NCBI GenBank assembly: GCA_036172245.1
Contig: JAYWIR010000005.1
Location: 4,092,001 to 4,156,000 of the forward strand
DNA: 64,000 nucleotides
Reading direction: 5' to 3'
Origin: Raillietiella orientalis
Lineage: Eukaryota
Shown: one piece after another, positions 25,640-35,900 of the stretch
Position numbering within the stretch: the first letter of the stretch is position 1
How the letters are laid out: every line of letters begins with the position of its first letter
Translations under genes and position numbers: made by a program
The notes under the pieces: model-generated
Told to the model about the DNA's origin: nothing
Seen by the model: only the letters and a program-made list of their open reading frames with translations
Databases searched by the model: none

Positions 25640-26205
25640 GTGTGTGTTTTTATTTGTTTAAAAATAAGTAGCCCGAAACACAAAGGATTATGGGGCGCCA
25701 ACGATGCTTGTGGATGTGCTGAAATTTTGAAAGATTACATAAAAGATCGTTTTGCGATTTCGTTCGCGGTCTTTGCCCTTTGCGTTCGTTTTAAGTGCGC
25801 CTGGGTTTTTGAAAAGTGTATACGTTTTTATAGATTTTTGTTCCTTGCGTGCTCATTGCCCGCCGAACGGATTTGATTCTTTTACAGAGGATGACTTTCT
25901 TCTTCTTCTTCTTCAATTTTTGAATCAACAGAAATTTTGGTTTCCTCGGACTCTCCTTAAATTACATCTCTTATTTTTCGTGCTTTCGTTTCTGCGTTTC
26001 GAGTTTTTTTTGTTCTCTTTTCCTTTTCTCCCTTCCGACTCGACCACGAGCTCTTCCCCCCGTTTCCTCGGAAACTGTGTCTCCCGCGAGCATCGCGAAT
26101 CCGCCTTTTGAATCGACCAGAGCGAGAGTGTCTTGTCAGCAAGTTCAACAACACCGCAACGCAACCCGCCTTACAATGCATTGAAACTGCCAAATTGGAA
26201 AACAG

Positions 26206-26406
26206 GTTCCAATTCAAGTCATCCTCACCCTCATCTTATGCACAACAAGATGATCAAATCCGAAATTCCGGGCAGTGCTTACGCTACAGTTGCAGTTACG
26301 GTGTCAGCCTCCATGCTGCCTGTGGTTCGGACCCCGCCGCAGGACGGATCTCTGTCTAGTCAGCACCATATCACCAGAACCGTCGTCAGCCCTCACAGGA
26401 ACGATG
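26206..26406 (+). CDS. NFI: Nuclear factor I exon (alternative in-frame acceptor at 26140)
   Basis: Encodes (G)SNSSHPHPHLMHNKMIKSEIPGSAYATVAVTVSASMLPVVRTPPQDGSLSSQHHITRTVVSPHRND. Acceptor aacag|, donor g|gtcagt, phase 1-1. IKSE is a second SUMO-type consensus. Boundaries inferred from phase. Confidence 0.65.
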
Positions 26407-26464
26407 GTCAGTTGGTCAGCGCCGGAGACCCGTGGGCACATCGGGTGGGTGACAACGTCCACAG

Positions 26465-26658
26465 GCTTGGCAGATCACAGTACACTCGATCTGAGTGGGA
26501 GCAACGCTTCTCCGGATCTGGGAGGTCACCCCGGGCACATCTACTACTCGCCTCATCCCGGAAGTCCCGTGCGCTACCAGGAAAACGGACACGATACTTT
26601 CAACGATTTTGTGACCTTGGTGTGCCAGGAGGCACAGAACACTCAGCCCAATAGTCAA
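26465..26658 (+). CDS. NFI: Nuclear factor I exon with the conserved DFVTLVCQE motif
   Basis: Encodes (G)LADHSTLDLSGSNASPDLGGHPGHIYYSPHPGSPVRYQENGHDTFNDFVTLVCQEAQNTQPNSQ, similar to vertebrate NFI 'DPLKDLVSLACD'. Acceptor ccacag|, donor |gtgagt, phase 1-0. Confidence 0.85.
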
Positions 26659-26742
26659 GTGAGTACATGGGTTTCCAATAGTTTAGGACCTTGCTGTCTT
26701 TCATATACATATATATATATATATATATTTTTTGTTTTACAG

Positions 26743-26790
26743 ATGACGAAGTATCCTATCTGGAGCGTCAGTCCGTCTCCTCCGCTGTCT
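26743..26790 (+). CDS. NFI: Nuclear factor I small symmetric exon (48 nt)
   Basis: Encodes MTKYPIWSVSPSPPLS between a strong acceptor ttttgttttacag| and a perfect donor |gtaagt, phase 0-0. Confidence 0.7.
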
Positions 26791-26841
26791 GTAAGTAGAT
26801 CGCTATCGGTGATGGGGTCTGCTGACCGCGATTCCGTGTAG

Positions 26842-26971
26842 CCCACAGGCAACATGCATTCTGTGTATGGGCGCTCGCCAGCCGACAAACTGACCCACTT
26901 GTACACGGGGAACATGATGCCCGCACCGGGCACGCCTGTGGCGAGGCCGGTCACCATCATCCGATCCACTG
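26842..26971 (+). CDS. NFI: Nuclear factor I exon, proline-rich activation region
   Basis: Encodes PTGNMHSVYGRSPADKLTHLYTGNMMPAPGTPVARPVTIIRST; P-x-ARPV matches the NFI 'PPMARPV' motif. Branch GCTGAC and gtgtag| acceptor, donor g|gtaaac, phase 0-1. Confidence 0.85.
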
Positions 26972-27043
26972 GTAAACGCAGTCCCTTCCCCCTCCCTCCC
27001 CCGTTCTTCTGCTAGTCCACACACTCACTCATTGCCATCTCAG

Positions 27044-27297
27044 CAGACCTGGCAGTTATGCAGAACGCCTCGCCGGAGCCCCCCGCCTCGTCGACTCCTC
27101 CCCTGGTGTCCAGGCCTGCCGACGACGCGGACGGGATGGAGACCACGGACCGCTCTTCCAACGAGGGAACTCCCCGGCATAGTCCTTCCCCAGTTCCTGA
27201 ACCCAATAGTCAGACTGTGATGGTGTCGAGTCCCTTCCCTTCCAGCTCCGCTCGGGATGACTACTACTCGTCTGCTCTCCACTCGCAGACCAACCAG
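27044..27297 (+). CDS. NFI: Nuclear factor I exon (NAGNAG acceptor, start 27044 or 27047)
   Basis: Encodes (A)DLAVMQNASPEPPASSTPPLVSRPADDADGMETTDRSSNEGTPRHSPSPVPEPNSQTVMVSSPFPSSSARDDYYSSALHSQTNQ. Acceptor ctcag|cag|, donor cag|gtcggc, phase 1-0. Confidence 0.8.
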
Positions 27298-27359
27298 GTC
27301 GGCCCCTTCTCCCCCCCACCCCTCTCGCGAACGCTCACCTCTGTGTCCTGTCTATTCAG

Positions 27360-27562
27360 ATTTTCAGCTACACGAGCGTGGCTGGCAGCGTGAGTCCGGA
27401 GAACCTGACGCTGTTTCCTTCCCATTCAGGCCCGCGTTCCTCTCCTCGCCCAGCGTCGTTGCCTCGGTGGAGCAATCCATTCCTCGGGATGGATGACTCC
27501 AACATGGAGTACACAATGATGTCCACGCTGATTGCTACGGGAACAAGTGATGAAGAAGGCAG
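27360..27562 (+). CDS. NFI: Nuclear factor I penultimate coding exon
   Basis: Encodes IFSYTSVAGSVSPENLTLFPSHSGPRSSPRPASLPRWSNPFLGMDDSNMEYTMMSTLIATGTSDEEG(R). Acceptor ctattcag|, donor ag|gtgagg, phase 0-2. Confidence 0.8.
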
Positions 27563-27613
27563 GTGAGGGATCCGCGTCTCTGGGAGGCTGAAGATGTTTT
27601 CTCTTCCAGAAAG

Positions 27614-27668
27614 GTATTTTGCTGGTGCTGACAGTGGTTCTTCTTCATCACCGCAGACCAAATCTTAA
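27614..27668 (+). CDS. NFI: Nuclear factor I probable last coding exon
   Basis: Acceptor ttccagaaag| gives (R)YFAGADSGSSSSPQTKS-stop (TAA 27666-27668). The competing CAG acceptor ending at 27609 gives RKVFCWC-stop instead. Confidence 0.6.
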
Positions 27669-27867
27669 ACACCGCGAAAGAGAACCGCACCAACTGTCGG
27701 GTTGTGTGCGGTTTCATAGGGCCAAGCTTTAACCCGTAAAATTTGTCTTTCATGTTCTTGTCGCAACGAATCTCGCAACATCTGTAAAATGTGTACATAA
27801 CTCTCATGCCTTCATGGGTTCTATCCCGACTTCTGTTGCATGTGCCAAATCATAGTTAGGGAAGTAC

Positions 27868-27942
27868 CATCATCATCATCATCCTAATCGTCGCCGCTGT
27901 CGTCGTCGTCGTCGTCGTCGTCATCATGATCATCATCATCAT
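27868..27942. repeat. Mixed (CAT)n/(CGT)n trinucleotide repeat in the NFI 3' UTR
   Basis: In-register CAT, then CGT, then CAT units are visible. Confidence 0.85.
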
Positions 27943-28222
27943 ATTTTACCCGTACCGGTACGATGACAGCTTGCTTTAAAGAGCTCGACTTCCCGTTGTT
28001 GATCCATTGTGTTGCCTCTTCCTCTTTTCTGTGGCCCGGAAAGATCGCCTGCCATCCCCTCCTCCTCCTTCTCTTTTTCCTTCCGTTTGTTTAGATATTT
28101 AAGAAACCAACGTTGACTAATCCGAGTGTAGTTATTTTATTTATTGTCGATTCTCACCAAGTTTTGCAATATCATAGTTACGATTTTCTATAGAATGGCG
28201 AAGACATTAAGTTTCTTGTTGA

Positions 28223-28228
28223 AATAAA
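28223..28228 (+). terminator. Candidate NFI polyadenylation signal AATAAA
   Basis: First AATAAA I found after the stop codon. It ends an AT-rich UTR-like stretch and is followed about 30 nt later by a T/GT-rich tract. Confidence 0.6.
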
Positions 28229-31200
28229 TCGCTGAGAGAAAAAGTTCCAGGCTGCCTTTCTTTGGTCCGCTGGGCTGCGTGGTTGTCGCCGGGTTGTGGG
28301 GGAAACCCGCCCTGCTCGTGGCGGCCGGCGGGCGACGTCCTGGAGGGAGGGAGCGATCTCACGCAAGGGTTCCTCGCACGGACGAACTCTCCGTCCCACC
28401 GGTCGTCGGAAACGCGCGCGCCGGCCGCCGCGCGCTGCAGATGTTCAGCTTGATCTCTTCTCCTCCTCCTACTCCTCCCTTCCTCCTCCTCTTCCAGATG
28501 GAAATCCGTTCCGAGGATGCTGTTGCTTCTGGGAAGGAGACGTGATCGCTACGCCGCGCCGCTGTGCGGATCCGTCAACAGTACGGGCCGGAGGGAGCTT
28601 CCGTTCCTTCGAGAAGCGGTGGGTCGCGGGAGGAAGAGAGCCGGGAGGAATGCTCTTGGGTTCCCGCCCGAAAGTTCCTGGTTCGCCGAAAGGTCCGAGC
28701 CGCTAGAGTTGGCTCCCGGAGTCATTGCCGGCTGGCGTGGCGCCCTGCTGGTCGGCGCCTCGCGCCCAGGAACGCGAAGACAAAACGCAAGGCGGAGTCT
28801 TTTGGGATGGCAGGAAATCTGAGGCGATGATTCGCGCGTTTCTTTGCCCAGTTAATGAGCGGAGGAGCTCTTGGGCGGAGGATGCAGTGGTGGGTGCGTG
28901 TGTGTGGGATGCTCTTCGCTGCCTCTCATCCGCCCATTGGCTGTTCTCAAAAAGAAGAAAAGAACAAAGGGGGGAGGGAGGAGGAGGAGAAGGAAAAGAC
29001 TTGGTAGGGATCCCTCGATGAGGCGGTTGCCCAGGTGGCGCAGTTGTCATCTCTGTCCGGATGAACAACGCTGGGCGTTTCGTTCCCCTCTGAGCGCCCA
29101 CAAAAGTGTGGACGGTGGTCATCATCAGGTAAGCCGGCACGACTGATGGCCCTCAAAGGTTGCCGCGGCCGTCGACTCCGAGGACTACCCCGACGGACTT
29201 TCTGTCGAAGGCGGAGTTTTGGATTTCAAAATCGAATGCAAACTGATGGGAGGGAGGGTCTCTGTGCGGCGGCTGCTGCCTCCCACCCGCACCCCTCTAC
29301 CGAGGTCTTGCTGCGCCCTGCAGTCGCGCGAACGACCAACGCCGAGTAGCGGGGAATGGGGGGGGGAAGCAGCGGCGGACCTGGTTGTGTCCATTCTTCC
29401 CGGCATCCGTATCCGTTGCATCTCGAGATCCCGGCGAGAGAATGGGATCACAGCGAAGGGTGGACAGGGCGCATGCGCGTCAACAGCGAAAGACGAAAAG
29501 GAAGCGAAAAGACCGAGATGCCTAGAAATGGCGAAGGGCCCTTCGAAATGGTCCGGCCTTAGAAATGGCCCTTCGCCATTTCGCCGTCATCCGAACGTCG
29601 GCTTGAGCGGGAGCGAAAGTGGTGGTCGTCCCCCCGGGGAGAATGGGAAGGAAGCGGGACGCGGTGGGCTGGCGGGCGCGCCAGAACCCAACCGCGGAGC
29701 CAGCGGCGATGCGCCTTGGCGGCGGCCGCCGCAGTTTTTCGGTTTCGCTTCCCTCGCCGGCTCACGTCTTCCCTTTGTTCCTGAGACGGTGGCTTCTGCC
29801 AGCTGTGCGCGCGCTCCGGCACGCGGATCCCGGCACACCTCGCACGAGCGCGCGCGACCGGCCGTCGCTCGGAAAGAAGAGGCCAACCGACAGCACAGCT
29901 CCCTGAGTGACTCGGGATGCGCACGATGCGTTCCGCGTCTTTCCTCCCGCTCAGGAATGCCGGGACGTTCGCGTTCCTCCCACTTCCGCAAGCGAAGCGC
30001 CTGGCTCGGACCGCTGACCGCGGTCCAACTGGGAGATCGTCCAGGGAGGGTTTTTTGCTCACCTCCGCTCCGGCGGCGGGATCCGAGGTGCGCCTGCGAG
30101 CTCGCCGCGTCGTGTCGTCTGCCCTGGTTCCCGTTCCTCTCCGGCGGAAAGCAGGGAGATCTTTTGAAGGAGCACGTCCACCCCCAGCTGCCGGGAGTAG
30201 AGGCCACCGGACCCCGGAAAAAGAGACGACCCCTCTTCGGAGATGGTTCCCTCGCTTCGCTTTCCTTTCATCGAGGGAGACTAGGCTGCGCTCGGGCCCC
30301 TGCCGGCGAACCTCTTCCCAAAGTCCTCTCCCTCGTGACGGATTCTTTCAGGCAGGGACAGGGTTCGGGAGGGAGTTTCGACGACAGCCGAGCACAGCAT
30401 CGTCCATCGTGCCTTGGTGGTTCGGGGTTTCCAGCATGTCGGACTTTCTGCTGAGACGCTTGTCGCCGGAGGGCAGCGAAGTGGGGCCTCCCCCCCCACT
30501 AGCTGGAATGAATCCTTCGCCTTCTCCGGTCCTCCCCGTCGTCGTGGAGGATGGGGGAGATGTGCGAGGGGAGCGGGGCTTCTCGGGTTGGGCGCCAGCT
30601 TCCTGAAGCAGGCGGATCAGAAGGGGTCCTAAGAAGAAGTCCTGCACGCCAGCAACAAGTTCCTGCAGAATGGCAGCTCCCCCGGATCAACAAACAGAGT
30701 TCCTCCTCTTTCCTCTCGAGCGGCAATTGTGAAGCATCAGGGGGATTCAATGGCTCCTATAAACGGGTCTCTCCAAACACCATAAAGCAATTTTTCAGAA
30801 GCGCGCTCGAGAGACTAGCTCAAGAAGAGCTTTTTTGTCGTTTCATTTCGTTTTCATTTTCCTCCGCAACGGCGGAGTGGCGCTAGCGAGCGTGTGTTTC
30901 GCAGCGTTTCTGTTTTGTTCGCCTCCGCCTGCCGCGTGCTTGCGTCGCGTTGGAGACCCAAACGAGGCGAGGGCATGCATGGAATGGACAGGCTACTCCT
31001 CTGGGCCTGGGCCTCCTTCAGACGGAAGGCAGGAGCGAAGAAGTGACATGATTCGACCCGCCCCCGCTCTGGCGTCTTCTCCCAGTCCCACGAGCCAGAG
31101 GCGTGCTGGCACTTTATCTTCCAGGTCCATCACGCGGAGGGACCGTGGCTGCTGCGCGCGGAGTAGCCGTGCCGGAAAGGGCTCCGAGGTCGCAAGGGTC

Positions 31201-32689
31201 GCAGTCTCCTCCAACGCACTGCGGCACGAAGCACTGGGCCATCCACGACGGCGCTCCCGTCACTCCCCGGACGAGCGGGAAATGACGGGTAGCGCCCGCC
31301 ATTTCCCGTGGTCTGGAGAGGGAAGGAAAGCGCCTTCTTCGCTCCCCACTCACGTCTTCCACGGATTGAACGGCCTGGGTGGCGCGAAAAACACACCCGA
31401 CCTACTGGTCGCTGTTGGAGCAGCGACCAGGTGCGTTCGATGCGTTCATCTCGTCCCGCGGAAGCTTGCATCCCCTGCGCGCGCGGAAGTGATCCCGTTT
31501 GGTCATGTGCACGTTTCCGTAGGTCCTTCTTGGGAGGAGGAAGCAAGTAGGTTGCCTCCGGGTCGTGTGGGGACAGCAAGGACGCAAAAAGTGGCAGCGC
31601 GGGGAGTTTGAAACCGCATGGTCACCCGCCTCTCCTCTCTTCCCCTCTTTCTCCCCCCCCTTCGTCCTCTTTCCCGTCCCCCTCTTCGCTCCCGGAAGAA
31701 AGAAATGATTAGCGCGTTCCCGAGTTCGCGAGTTCATCATCCCGTTGCTGCGGAGACGGAGAGGTCGGTGCGCAGCAGCAACCGCTCGAAAGTGCGAAAT
31801 CGTCGGTTCAAGGACGTGAGAGCTCTGTGGAAAAAGGAGGGAGGGAAAGGGGGGCGAGGGATCCGACCGTCGTCTTCCTCCCTCTTCAGCGAGTGCTCTT
31901 CCTGCGAAGATAAGGAAGCAGCGGAGTTTCCTCGGCTGCTCTCAGGACTGCTTTGGGCCCCGTGCGCTGCAGAGGCGGCGTAAGGGATGCAACCATGGCA
32001 ACTGCTTCCCTCCTCGAGGCGCGCGTGGGCGAAATCCGCGCGCTGCTCCTTGAACGGCGCAGAGGTCCTCCTCCGCTGCCGCCATCGCCAGCCGAGCGAC
32101 CACCGGTCTCCCCGGCAACGGCTGCCCGTGCAAGTCTCGTCCTCCGCCACGCATCTCGCAGCTCGGACGCGAGAGTGGATCGTGCCACTCGCGAAACTTA
32201 GAGGCGGCTCTCCTTTCCCCCCCTGGTCTCCCGGGCAACGGCGGCGCGTCCTCGGGCAGTTCCTCCGCGATCAGTTGCTCGGCCGTAGAGGCACCGATTC
32301 GCCCTCGGAAGTGCCCTCTGGGGCTCCATTTGGATTTTTGTGCGCCATCTTTGTTTGTGTGTTTTTGCATGCGCCTTCCTCCTCGCAGGGTGGGTCGGGT
32401 GGCTCTCGGTGCCTTGAGAAGAAGGGAAGGAGAAGTGAGGAACGGAGGAGGAAGGGATCAGCGCCAGTGGGGAGATCCGGGGTCAACGCATTCCCCGTCC
32501 TGGGGCTGCGGGGCTTCCAAGGAGGAGAGCGGCTCAGCTGGCTTCAAGGCCATCATCCTGCAGCAGCGGCAGCGTCGTGGACTCTCCGCAGCCCGCCGCT
32601 CCGCCTTCCTATTCTTTCCCCTTTCCCTGCGGGCGGTGTGACCCTTGGTGACTCGCGCTAGCTCGAGTGCTACCCTGGGGTTTCTACAT

Positions 32690-32900
32690 GACCCGCGTTG
32701 ACGGCCGCGTGGCTGCGGGTCTCGGCGCGTGGCACCAAGCGTCGTGAGTTCGAATCCTGCCCGGGGGAAGGATCGACGCGGGTGCGTCGTGAGGTTTCCA
32801 GTCCCTCCCTCAGATGGCGCTGATTGGCCTGTAGGCTTCGGGTGAGGCACTGATGGGAGCCGGAAATCCCAGATGCCCCCGTTGATTGGCCGGGATTGTA
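32690..32900 (+). mobile_element. Degenerate tRNA-derived SINE-like element
   Basis: A-box-like CGGCCGCGTGG (32702-32712) and B-box GAGTTCGAATCC (32746-32757) at Pol III type-2 spacing, with no intact cloverleaf. The 3' limit is a guess. Confidence 0.45.
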
Positions 32901-35900
32901 AGTCGACTCTCCGGGGTCATTCCAGGACATCAAGGAGACGTTCGGGGTTGTTCCCCTCCATCGGTGAAAATGGGACTGTACCATGGAGCCGGTTGATACC
33001 CTCCTTCGGGGGTTGCCTCTCCAGAGTGTTAAGAAGCGCGCTTCTCCTACCAGGGAGCGCTCTTCGGAGAAATGGGAAAACGTCCCTGCGGGGTTCACTC
33101 AGAGGAGGAAACCAGGGGTGGGATGCCCTACAGGCAAGAAATTCCGGGAACGGCCTTCTCCGGAGAGAATCAGGAAGAGGCAGTTCCCTTCGGGGTTCCC
33201 TCCTAAGCTTGAGGGGAACGGGACCATTCCTCCGGAGTCTTCCTGGATTCATGGGGTGTTCCCTTCCTGGAGTACCCCCTAACTTGAAGAGTTGACGCGC
33301 ACCTCCGGTAGCGTGGACAAGCGTCAAAGAGCTTCGTGAGCCTTCCCCCCCCCCCCTTTCTCCCAAAAGCTGGAAGGAAAGCAGCGCGAACGGAAGAACC
33401 CCCCAAAGGATTTTCATCATCGAGGGGGTCGTCTCTGGGCTGGGAGCCCCGTGGGTTCTCCAGGGTGCTGACCTCTTGGCGACAAGGCAGGGAGGGCAGA
33501 GAGATCAGTCCGTGCGATGAGAAGGCGGCTGTCCATGGTCAGAAGCGCTCGGGGCTGCCAGACGGTCAGGTCAGATCGGGCCGTCCGCGCCGATCACTCT
33601 GCTCCCCCGAACGCGACCCCCGTCCCCTTGCTTTTCATCGGGCGCCTCGTGGCAAAGTTCCGGCCAACTGGCGTCCCCGTCTGAACCAGGCCCTCCTCTC
33701 GCTCCCATCTCTTCTCGTTCCCTCCCCCCTCCTCCCTTTCATCCGCTTCCTCCTTCTCCGACGAGCGTTTCCGCCTCCCGGCGTGCACCGGAAGCAGTCG
33801 GGACGCTAACCTGGGGTTGAGGGAAGGGAGGAGAGGCGCTCGCGGAGGCAGCCGGGTGTCGCACGACCTCCGTTGCCAGGACTCGAGCCTTCTCCCGCCC
33901 CCCGCGCTTCTTCGGCGGACTCTGGCGTTCCCGTTTCGCTCCTCCCCTTCCCCCCCCCCTCCTTTCTCCAGGTACCGCGCATCTCATCCCGCAACCATAT
34001 CGGAACGGGGAGCAATTAAGGTTAAACGGGAGACTCTTAATGTAATGACCGCTGCTGGAGAAGCTAATTGCCCAGGCCAGCCGGGTCCGGCAGGCTGGCT
34101 GCGGCGGCGGAGATCCAGCCGGTCCGCATCCGCCCTCCCGAGGAGTCGCACGCTGTGGCGGCGCGGGACGAGCAAGAGGTGGAGAGAGCCAGCGCTTCTG
34201 CTGCTGTAGCAGGGAGAGGGAGAGAAGGTGGTCCGAGGAGAGGTCGAGAGAGACACCCGACTAGAGGGACGCGTGAGCCCTCTTCTCGCCTCCTCTTCCC
34301 TTTGCCGTGTGGCCACCGCGGCGCTTCCAGCAGCATCATGCCGGGGCAAGGGGGAAGAGGGGGAGGAAAGGAAAGAGGAGGGAGGGGAGAGAGGGAGGAA
34401 TACAAATGGGGGGAAGTGAGGAGGAGGATCCCGGCGCTCCTCCTGGCAGACGCGGCGGCTGAACCTCGCGTCCCACCCTGCAGGCGGTGAGCCGTTGCTC
34501 TCGCCGAGCACTTCCTCCTTTCTTCAGCATGGCAGCAGCAGCAGAAGAAGAATAGGATGGGGAAGGGAGTGTGTGGTACTGCCGGGTTCCTCCTCCCCCA
34601 GCGAGAACCTCCCTTGAACCCGTGCGTTCTTTCGGGAGACGTTTGCGTTTTCCTTGACGACCAGCTGCTGCTAGTGCTGCATCCGATCTCTTGCAGTCCG
34701 CAACCCGGGAGCTCGACGGGATCCTCCTGGCGGGAGACCAAGTCGGGCAGAGCCGAGAGGGACGAGAAGAGGAGGAAGGAAAGCTGAGACGCGCGCGCAC
34801 GCGTAGCTGCCATCTTCTCCCCGGCTTCCTCTGCAGTTCCTCGAGGGCTCCAGCAGCCGGGCAACGCGAAGGGCGTCCCTCTCTCTGCAGGCTGGTCTTC
34901 GCTCCCTCGAGGGCACGCTTCGATCGCCACAGGATGCTCCTTCGGGAAGCTATGAGGCAGCGCAAGGTCGACGGAGCCGGCGTCGCCGACAGTCCCGGGA
35001 AGGAATTCTCTCTCCTGCTCCTTCTCCCTCTCCCTTCCATCCCAAAGGAGGCGGAAGGAGGTGAGGGAGCCTCGACGATCTGGCGCGGGATGGTCGGTGG
35101 GAAACGCTTCCCGCTGCTCGATCTTCGGGAAGTTCCGCGAGAAGCAGTGCCTTCCTGGTTCGGCGGAGGAACTCCCGGGGAGCCCCCGTCGAGCAAAGGA
35201 TGCTCCTCTGCTCGGTGGCGTAGCGACGGCGAGGGAGGGGTCCCAGAAGCCGAAGGGCAGAAGCAGGAAAGCGTCTTCCCAAGGTCGTGGCGCCCCGCGC
35301 GGGGGGGCGGAGAGGAAAGGAAAGGCCCAGGCACTCAATCTCGTCAGGCTCCTCTCCTTCTTCACCTTGTTTTCCCAGCGTGCTACAAACCTCATCATCA
35401 TTATCACCGCCATCGTCATCGTCCCGATCTGCGATGGTGGCGCCTCTGGCTGACTGGAGATCGCTCAAGGAAGGACGGAGGAGCTCTGCGCAGCGTAGGG
35501 ACAGCGGGTACACCTCAAGGGGGAAAGATGGGGGCGAGTGGAGGAGGAGAGAAGGGGATGGGGGTCGTGAGGCCGGCCTAGAAGCGAAGGCCTCGGAGGA
35601 GCGCGGAGTCCTCAAGCAGCGCGACATTGCTCTGTTCCTGGCGCGAAGGAAAGTCAGGAGCGGCGAAGATCCTCTCGAAGGTGGCCGGAAAGGGTGACCA
35701 TCCGCAGCTGCAGTTCCCAGAAGAGACTGGCGCTGCGGACTCGAGAAGATGAAGTTCATTGAGGGGTGCCACTGCTGTCGCGGAGACCACGGAAGGGACG
35801 CGGCTGCTCCCGGAAGGGAAGCCTTAGTCACTGGACTGAGCACTCAGAATGCCCCGGGGCTGCTGCTGGTGGACTTTGGGGCGCGCGGAGAGTCCCCAGA

